Below, in pieces: positions 5,997-11,976 of a stretch of 11,976 nucleotides of DNA (positions are counted from its first letter, which is position 1; each line of letters starts with the position of its first letter). The notes below the pieces were generated by a model, which saw only the letters and a list, made by a program, of their open reading frames with translations, did not search any database and was not told the origin of the DNA. The stretch comes from Candidatus Hadarchaeota archaeon (lineage in GTDB: Archaea; CAYQAE01; CAYVLA01), in contig CAYVLA010000005.1 in the NCBI GenBank assembly GCA_964452145.1, positions 85,469 through 97,444 of the forward strand. The letters are read 5' to 3'. Both the position numbers and the translations under genes were made by a program.

Positions 5997-6626
5997 TTGG
6001 GAATCAGCAGAAGCTTCAAACTAGCATTCTATCGTCTTATGAAGAAGAGGATAGATGTCAAACTCGGCATATACGGGCCAACCAACGTTGGAAAGACGAC
6101 CTTGGCCAACAGGTTGACCAGGGACTGGGTGGGGGAGAACATGGGGCCCGTTTCTGAAATACCACATGAGACCAGGGAGATCCTCAAGATGGAGAGGATG
6201 GAGGTTGCCGACGGGTGGAAGAAATTTCGGATAGACCTGATCGATACCCCGGGGATTGAGACCAAAGTCGACTTCCGCGAGTTCATGCGTTACGGACTCA
6301 GTGAAAGCGAGGCCAAGCGGAGGGCCAAGGAGGCTACCCAGGGGGTGCTGGACTCCATCAAGTGGCTGGCGAACCTGGATGCGGTCATCGTGGTGATGGA
6401 TTCGACGGTCGATCCCTACACCCAGGTGAACATCACGATCCTCGGCAATCTGGAGGCGCGCAAGATTCCGTTCATCGTGGTCGCAAACAAGATAGACCTG
6501 CCGACATCGGCTCCGGAGAGGATAAAGAAGGCCTTTCCAAACAAGCGGTTCGTGGCAATATCAGCCAAGGATGGGAAGAACATGAACCAGCTCTATGAGA
6601 GCGTCTTCGACATGGTGATGGCATGA
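5997..6626 (+). CDS. oapA: Era-like small GTPase OapA/ArvA (origin-associated, archaeal vesiculating GTPase)
   Basis: G1 GPTNVGKT, G2 PHETR, G3 DTPG, G4 NKID, G5 SAK, plus the family-typical segments AKRRAKEATQGV and DPYTQVN. It is followed by DUF2073-like and DUF2072-like genes in the conserved order. Confidence 0.88.
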   Translation: MGISRSFKLAFYRLMKKRIDVKLGIYGPTNVGKTTLANRLTRDWVGENMGPVSEIPHETREILKMERMEVADGWKKFRIDLIDTPGIETKVDFREFMRYGLSESEAKRRAKEATQGVLDSIKWLANLDAVIVVMDSTVDPYTQVNITILGNLEARKIPFIVVANKIDLPTSAPERIKKAFPNKRFVAISAKDGKNMNQLYESVFDMVMA

Positions 6627-6994
6627 AACTGGAGGTCGACTTCATCCCGTTCTCAAGCATCAAACTGAAGACCCCGGAGCAGAAGGTGGAATTCCTGATG
6701 GGTCGGGTCAAAGCCGGGAAGGTCGTGGTGATTGAAGGTGCCCTGGATCCACAGGAAGAAGCACTGCTCATCGAGTCCACGATGAAGGCGGTCAACGATG
6801 ACTTCCCAGGGATCGAACTCTGCACCCTCAGCGGAGACGAGTATCGCGAGGTTGGGGTGATGGAGGGGCTGAGGAATCGGATCATGAGGACCCTGGGTCA
6901 CAGAAAGGGGATCGTCGTGGTCGGACCCGCTGCCCTCATCAAGGAGGTCAGGAGAAGCCCGGGCCTTCTTTCGATGCACATGGAGACCGAGTAG
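6623..6994 (+). CDS. oapB: OapB/ArvB (DUF2073 family)
   Basis: 123 aa, ATGA overlap with oapA. Motifs VVIEGALDPQEEALLIESTM...DDFPGIEL and GIVVVGPA. Confidence 0.85.
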   Translation: MKLEVDFIPFSSIKLKTPEQKVEFLMGRVKAGKVVVIEGALDPQEEALLIESTMKAVNDDFPGIELCTLSGDEYREVGVMEGLRNRIMRTLGHRKGIVVVGPAALIKEVRRSPGLLSMHMETE

Positions 6995-7366
6995 ATGAGG
7001 CATCAGTGCGTCAGGTGCGGCAGGATCTATCCAAGCGAGTCGAAGAATCTGATGGAAGGCTGCATGTGCGGGAGCAAGTTGTTCCTGTATCTGAGAGGTC
7101 CCAAGCTGGAGGTCAAGAGGAGCCAGCTCCCGAAGAACCTTGGCGCACTGGAGGGTGAGATTAGGAAGATGTTGGGCGAGAAGACCAGCCCCGATCAGCC
7201 GATATCGATCTCCATAGAGAACCTGAGGCTGGGAAGAAACGGGGTCTACGACATAGACCTGGAATCGCTCTTGAAGGGGGATCCGATCATTCTCAAGGAT
7301 CCCCTCGGCGTCTACTTCATCGATCTCAAGACGATGCTCAGGGTGCGAGGGGCGGGTGCAGCTTGA
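6995..7366 (+). CDS. oapC: OapC/ArvC Zn-ribbon protein (DUF2072 family)
   Basis: N-terminal HQCVRCG...GCMCGSKLFLY zinc ribbon and C-terminal IENLR...GVYDIDL...GVYFIDL. It starts immediately after the oapB stop. Confidence 0.85.
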   Translation: MRHQCVRCGRIYPSESKNLMEGCMCGSKLFLYLRGPKLEVKRSQLPKNLGALEGEIRKMLGEKTSPDQPISISIENLRLGRNGVYDIDLESLLKGDPIILKDPLGVYFIDLKTMLRVRGAGAA

Positions 7367-9078
7367 GCATCGACAAAGTCGTCATCGTGGACGGATTCAG
7401 CGACATTCCTTTCGAAGCAGGCATCCCGCCGTTTATGAGTTCCGAGGTTAGATACGTTGCCGGTGCGTGCTGGGATCGGGATCAGAAAGTTCGGGTCATC
7501 TACGTGACCATCGAAGACCTGAGAGCCGGGAGGAAGGCCTCCTTGCTGGACGGGGCCGATCTGGTATTCGCGTACGCAGGGCTCCGGGACGGCGTTCCTG
7601 CCGTTAGGCCTTCTCAGGAGTCCGAGAGTCCAGGGATAGCGGATGTTCAGGATCTTGTGGATTACATCGCATACCTAGACTGCCCCCGGATACTGGGGGG
7701 TCCCTACGTGCTGGCCAAAGGTGGCAAGGTCGAGGAGCGCCTAGGCTTCGATGTCGTAGTCACGGGCGATCTCTCCAAGTATGCCCATGATCTGCTTGCC
7801 GAGGAGGGCCGGACCGACTCTGTGCACCCGGGCGTTGAAAGGACCAACAACGACCTTGAGACATTCTCCATCCTGGGGGCCGGCCTCTGCATCCAGAATC
7901 CCGGGTATCCCTCGTATCTATCCTGCTCGGTCGAGCTCTACAGAGGCTGTCCGGGCTCGTCCTCCGGAGGTTGCTCGTTCTGCCACCAGACCCGGTACAC
8001 CACCGTTGACTACAGACCGGTGGAACAAGTACTGGCTGAGATAGCCAAGCTCTCCGAGCTGGGATGCGAGAACGTCATGTTCGAATCACCATGTTTCTTC
8101 TCATACTTCTCCTCGCCCAGCGAAGACGGCAGGCTTGGCCTTGATCACCATGCCATTGAGAAGCTCCTTGAGGGCGCCAGATCGGTGGCCCCGGATCTGA
8201 AGGGTATGCACATCGGGAGCATCAATCCCGCAGCCATCGTGGGTGATCCTGAGGAGTCCAAGAAGATCCTGAAGGCGGTGACCAGGTACTGCTCGGACGG
8301 CAACTTCCCCAATCTTCACGTGGTGACCTTCGACAACGAGGTTCAGCTCCAGAACAATACCAAGGCAGGGGCGGAGGAAACAAGGCGCGCCGTGGAGATG
8401 ATCGCCGAGGCCGGGAAGGAGAGGGGACCCAGTGGTCTGCCTCTATTGCTGCCCACGATCGAGTTGGTGTACGGCCTTCCGGGGGAGCGGGAGGAGACCT
8501 TGACGCTGAATCTACAGAATCTTAGGGACATGACACACGCAGGCAGCATCCGTGGAGTGACCGCCCGGGTTCTGGTCCCACTCCCAGGGACGACGGCCGC
8601 AAAGAGGGAAGACCTCAAAGAGCCCGAGAGTCTTCGACCTCACCTACAGGAGCTTGCTGCGAAAGTCAACCGGGTCGCCACCGGAATGATGGTGGTGCCC
8701 GGACAGCTCCTGAGAGAGGTCTTTCCATATCGGCCGGTAAACGGGTCCGCCCTCGCCAGGAAGGTGGGCCTCAATGCCCTAGATGTCCTGATCCACGGCC
8801 TGAGCCAGATGAACGTTGCCCAGGATGTGAGAGTGACCGCGGCTTCGGGTGAGAGGGTCGAGGCCGTGCTGCAGCCACTTGCGCCCAAGACTGTATCGAG
8901 GGAGATTCTGAGGCTTCTCCCCGAGATGACGGAGGAGCGCATTGACCAGTTCATGAGATCCAGACCGGAGGAGATCGAGGGATTCACAAGGCTCTTCGAT
9001 GACCCCTTGGCGGCAAGGAAGGCCGCTTCCTTCTTCGACTTCAAGTCTCAGGAGGGCGCTGGGATTCAGGGCCGGTAA
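7363..9078 (+). CDS. Radical SAM superfamily protein, COG1031-like (N-terminal B12-binding-like domain, C-terminal HhH-like region), divergent
   Basis: 571 aa, TTGA overlap with oapC. N-terminal IVDGFSDIP...GIPPF...RYVAGA, Cys motif YRGCPGSSSGGCSFC (CX7CX2C), RPVEQVLAEI, YGLPGEREET, and a C-terminal HhH-like segment LRLLPEMTEERI...RSRP. Confidence 0.8.
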   Translation: MSIDKVVIVDGFSDIPFEAGIPPFMSSEVRYVAGACWDRDQKVRVIYVTIEDLRAGRKASLLDGADLVFAYAGLRDGVPAVRPSQESESPGIADVQDLVDYIAYLDCPRILGGPYVLAKGGKVEERLGFDVVVTGDLSKYAHDLLAEEGRTDSVHPGVERTNNDLETFSILGAGLCIQNPGYPSYLSCSVELYRGCPGSSSGGCSFCHQTRYTTVDYRPVEQVLAEIAKLSELGCENVMFESPCFFSYFSSPSEDGRLGLDHHAIEKLLEGARSVAPDLKGMHIGSINPAAIVGDPEESKKILKAVTRYCSDGNFPNLHVVTFDNEVQLQNNTKAGAEETRRAVEMIAEAGKERGPSGLPLLLPTIELVYGLPGEREETLTLNLQNLRDMTHAGSIRGVTARVLVPLPGTTAAKREDLKEPESLRPHLQELAAKVNRVATGMMVVPGQLLREVFPYRPVNGSALARKVGLNALDVLIHGLSQMNVAQDVRVTAASGERVEAVLQPLAPKTVSREILRLLPEMTEERIDQFMRSRPEEIEGFTRLFDDPLAARKAASFFDFKSQEGAGIQGR

Positions 9079-9101
9079 CGGGACGCCGTTTGGTGGGTTG
9101 C

Positions 9102-10190
9102 ATGAAGAGAATCGGAATCGGCATGCTTGGTCACAGCTGGATGGGTCGGACCCATACGGAGGCGTTCAAGACCCACGCGCTGCACTTCGACACAGAGCTT
9201 GAGCCGGAATTCGTCGGAATCTACGGTCGCGATGAGAAGACCCTGACAGCGGATGCCCAACGCTGGGGGTACGGATATGCCACCACGGAGATGGAGAGAA
9301 TCCTTCGTGACGACGCCGTCGACCTGGTCGTGAATGCGCTTCCCAACCATCTCCACATGCAGCCATGCATCATGGCTGCAGAGGCCGGGAAGGATGTGAT
9401 CTGTGAGAAACCTCTGGCCTTGAACTCCCAGCAGTCGGGTAAGATGCTCAAGGCTGCCCGCGCCGCCGGAATCAAGGACATGATCGTGTTCAACTACCGG
9501 TGGCTGCCGGCCATACAGCTTGCCAAGTCGATCATCGACGAAGGCCGGCTCGGCAGGATCCTGCAGTACAGAGGGCTCTACGGACAGTCCTGGCTGGTCA
9601 ACCCTGATGCCATTGCATCCTGGAAGACGCTGAAGGCGGCGTCCGGAGCCGGTGTTCTCTGGGACCTGGGCCCCCACTCCATCGACCTGGCCATGCACCT
9701 GGTGGGGCCCATAGTCGAGGTATGCGCTGCGACCGGCCTCTTCGCCGAGGGGAGGCGTAAGACTGACGGGTCCTGGGCGGCTCGGGATGAGCTCGGGGAG
9801 GAACTCGCCATGTGCATGCTCAGGTTTGAAGGCGGCGCCATGGGCAGCATCGAAGTTAGCAGGGTCTCAACAGGCTTCATGAACAGGAACCGAATTGAGA
9901 TTCACGGAACTAAGGGCGCGATCGCATTTGATCTGGAGAATCTCAACTCCCTTCTGGTCTTTGATCCCTCCCAGGAGAACCCGGGATTCAGGAGATTCGT
10001 TGTCGACCCGCACAACGTGGGGTGGTCCAGGGCCTTTCTGCTTCAGACCCACCACTTCCTGGAATGCGTGCGTGACGACGTGCAGCCCAGCCCGGGCTGG
10101 GCGGATGGGCATGCGGTGCAGATCGTAATGGACAGGATGCTGGCTTCGGCGAAGACCGGCTCATGGGTCAACACAAGGTCAGAGTCCTAG
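9102..10190 (+). CDS. Gfo/Idh/MocA family NAD(P)-dependent oxidoreductase (levoglucosan dehydrogenase-like subgroup)
   Basis: Rossmann segment IGMLGHSWMGRTH, PNHLH, CEKPLA, FNYRWLPA, GAGVLWDLGPHSID and IEIHGTKG. ATG 9102 is preferred over TTG 9090. Confidence 0.9.
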   Translation: MKRIGIGMLGHSWMGRTHTEAFKTHALHFDTELEPEFVGIYGRDEKTLTADAQRWGYGYATTEMERILRDDAVDLVVNALPNHLHMQPCIMAAEAGKDVICEKPLALNSQQSGKMLKAARAAGIKDMIVFNYRWLPAIQLAKSIIDEGRLGRILQYRGLYGQSWLVNPDAIASWKTLKAASGAGVLWDLGPHSIDLAMHLVGPIVEVCAATGLFAEGRRKTDGSWAARDELGEELAMCMLRFEGGAMGSIEVSRVSTGFMNRNRIEIHGTKGAIAFDLENLNSLLVFDPSQENPGFRRFVVDPHNVGWSRAFLLQTHHFLECVRDDVQPSPGWADGHAVQIVMDRMLASAKTGSWVNTRSES

Positions 10191-10297
10191 TTACGTGACC
10201 GGCACATCGGTGCGTCCGATGAGCAGCAAGGATATGGGCTAGCTGGCCCCACCTGATCTGGGCAGAATCCGTGCCGGGCAATGACCGATTTCCGTAG

Positions 10298-10314
10298 CCG
10301 GATACATTTTATAG
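10298..10314 (+). promoter_or_regulatory. Putative BRE + TATA promoter of the DapA-like gene
   Basis: CCGGATACATTTTATAG, with TTTTATA at 10307-10313, about 70 nt before ATG 10385. It resembles the minus-strand element at 4114-4100. Confidence 0.55.
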
Positions 10315-10384
10315 AGATGTACTGGGCAGAGGGCGGGGAGGAATCTCGACGGATCAGGTAAGGAACAGGGTCACCGGAAAGCTT

Positions 10385-11326
10385 ATGCCGGAATTCTTAA
10401 CCGGAGTCATAACCCCGATGTTCACCGCCTGCAATGAGGACGGCTCTCTGGATGAGCAGGGCATCAGATCCCACGTCCAATGGCTCAAGAGGACCAAGGC
10501 CGTCTCGACTCTGTTCGTGCGATCCGGAGTCGGCAAGATGCTGACCTTCAGTGTGGAAGAGGTGAGGCGGATGGCCGAGATCGTGATCGACGAGAACAAG
10601 GGCGAACTCCACGTGCTGGTCGGCACCTCGGGAGAGTTCGTTCGAGGCAAGCCCCGGGGGGAGGAGTACGTCGACCAGACCTTGGAGCTGAGCGTCTTCG
10701 CCCAAGAGGCCGGGGCCACCGGAGTGGTCGTCGTCTCCTTCGGGCTGGAGGACTCCGGAGACCTTGAGGAGAGAGTGTACTCCTTCTACGAGGGGCTGAA
10801 TGACGAGTTGGACATCCCCATTGTGATATACCAGCCAGGAATTACGCCCGCCCGCTTTCTCATGACACCCACGCTGCTCGAGCGGATCGCTGCTCTGCCC
10901 AACCTCAAAGGCATGAAATTCTCCACCGACGACATGAAGGCGTTCGCCCAACTGTGCGCCGCCACGCTGGACAAGGACTTCACCATGATCTCAGGGGCCG
11001 AGACATCCTTCCTGCCTAGCCTCGTGCTGGGGGCAGGAGGCGTGATCGGCGAGGGCTGCAACACCTATCCCGAGCTGCTCAGGGCCATCTTTGACCGTTT
11101 CATGGAGGGAGACCTTGCCGGAGCGGCTAGGGCCCAGCTCCTCGTCAACCGGACCTTGGACGTCTGGAGCGGGCTGGATTCTGCCCTGGTGGGCAAGAAC
11201 TACCTCGCAAGGAAGGGCGTCAAGATCAAGCCCTGCTTGCGAAGATTGGGATCCGACACGGACGCCGCCTTGGCTAGGATGGAGAGGACGATCGACGAAG
11301 CCGTCAAGCCTTACAGGAGACTCTAG
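10385..11326 (+). CDS. Dihydrodipicolinate synthase/N-acetylneuraminate lyase family protein (class I aldolase/dehydratase, substrate unknown)
   Basis: GVITPMFT..DGSLD, catalytic Tyr in PIVIYQ, Schiff-base Lys in GMKFS, ISGAE and GAGGVIGEGCN..PE. Confidence 0.88.
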   Translation: MPEFLTGVITPMFTACNEDGSLDEQGIRSHVQWLKRTKAVSTLFVRSGVGKMLTFSVEEVRRMAEIVIDENKGELHVLVGTSGEFVRGKPRGEEYVDQTLELSVFAQEAGATGVVVVSFGLEDSGDLEERVYSFYEGLNDELDIPIVIYQPGITPARFLMTPTLLERIAALPNLKGMKFSTDDMKAFAQLCAATLDKDFTMISGAETSFLPSLVLGAGGVIGEGCNTYPELLRAIFDRFMEGDLAGAARAQLLVNRTLDVWSGLDSALVGKNYLARKGVKIKPCLRRLGSDTDAALARMERTIDEAVKPYRRL

Positions 11327-11328
11327 CC

Positions 11329-11336
11329 TGTTTTTC
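11329..11336 (+). terminator. Possible oligo(T) terminator
   Basis: TGTTTTTC (a T5 run at 11331-11335) directly after the TAG at 11326, between convergent genes. Confidence 0.35.
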
Positions 11337-11386
11337 GAAGCGGTGACTCCACTGGCTGGGTTATCAGGGTCGGGCCTGTCCCTGGT

Positions 11387-11976
11387 TCACTCGACCGGGA
11401 TGATCTCCTCAAGATCCCTGCAGTTGTTCCTGATGGTTACAGGCGTGGTCCCCGAAGCAGAGGCGACCTCGCTCTGGTTGACCTTCATGCCTGCCTTCAC
11501 TGATGCCAGGTAGATTGCGGCTCCGGCCACCCCTATCGGGTTTTTGCCGGAGGTCGCCCCAGCCCCGATGGCGGTGCGCAGCATGCGGGCGGCATCCTCC
11601 TGGATCTCCCCGGGGAGATCGAGCCTGGAGGCCAGCTGCCTGACGTAGTCAAGCGGCGTGGAGGGGGGCAGCCTCAGGCCCAGTTCCCTCTGCAGTATCC
11701 TGACAACGCCCCCGACCTCCTTCCTCCGGTCAGCGGCGGATACCTCGGCCAGCTCCTCCAAGGTTCTAGGAAGGCCGAACTGCCTGGCGGCTAGATAGAG
11801 GCACGCTGCAACCGTGAGGACTATTGACCGGCTCTTGGGGATGTCCTTGTCCAAAGCCTTCCTGTAGAGTAGGGCCGAGGACTCGATCACGTTCTTAGGA
11901 ATGCCAAGTTGACCGCCCATCCTGTCCATCTCGAACAGGGCAATGGCCAGGTTCCTGTCCTTGGATTCCGAGGTGC
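11387..11976 (-). CDS. tfb: Transcription initiation factor IIB (TFB), divergent paralog, 5'-truncated by the window edge
   Basis: The frame stays open upstream of ATG 11929 to the edge (TSESKDRNLAIALFE, a B-linker 'RNL..AL.E'). Two cyclin repeats: AACLYLAAR...PRTLEEL, SGKNPIGVAGAAIYLAS and QSEVA...VTIRN. Confidence 0.92.
   Translation of the reverse strand, partial: TSESKDRNLAIALFEMDRMGGQLGIPKNVIESSALLYRKALDKDIPKSRSIVLTVAACLYLAARQFGLPRTLEELAEVSAADRRKEVGGVVRILQRELGLRLPPSTPLDYVRQLASRLDLPGEIQEDAARMLRTAIGAGATSGKNPIGVAGAAIYLASVKAGMKVNQSEVASASGTTPVTIRNNCRDLEEIIPVE

Noticed and set aside
10199..10277. tRNA gene
   Set aside because: It has a 7-bp closing stem and the right length, but no T-loop GTTCRA, no D-loop GG and no 7-nt anticodon loop.
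10385..11326. Assigning dapA (lysine biosynthesis)
   Set aside because: The GTTGE motif and the Arg of YNVPSRT are absent, and there are no dapB, asd or lysC neighbours.
11348..11355. Mini-ORB-like TCCACTGG between the DapA-like gene and tfb
   Set aside because: A single partial match with no repeats, no unwinding element and no initiator gene.
97..11513. Numerous antisense and alternate-frame ORFs (e.g. 493-987, 3540-4034, 5499-5984, 9066-9698, 10397-10951)
   Set aside because: They are shadow ORFs of well-supported genes, expected in GC-rich DNA, and have no recognisable domains.
1..11976. CRISPR array, IS/transposase, integrase or prophage
   Set aside because: No regularly spaced direct repeats, no terminal repeats around a transposase, and no recombinase or viral genes were seen.

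Overview
This is an archaeal chromosomal segment, GC-rich and densely coding. The archaeal call rests on a TFB gene, BRE/TATA-type promoters with several apparently leaderless genes, and an oapABC/arvABC operon. Gene order: a partial ribbon-helix-helix gene missed by the ORF track; xylose-isomerase-like TIM-barrel enzyme; HAD hydrolase; on the minus strand, a DUF4097 membrane protein, a small 2-TM protein and a second HAD; LarE-type sulfur transferase; orphan LolD/MacB-type ABC ATPase; arvA(oapA)-arvB-arvC, translationally coupled to a divergent COG1031-like radical SAM gene; levoglucosan-dehydrogenase-like Gfo/Idh/MocA oxidoreductase; DapA/NAL-family lyase with an atypical motif; and a divergent, 5'-truncated TFB. 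The most interesting items are the arvABC-radical SAM operon, an SD-sequestering structure in the arvA leader, and a long G-U-rich stem in the 3210-3392 intergenic region that is a candidate ncRNA. No mobile element, CRISPR array, tRNA or rRNA was seen. All family assignments come from motif recognition by eye, not from database searches.
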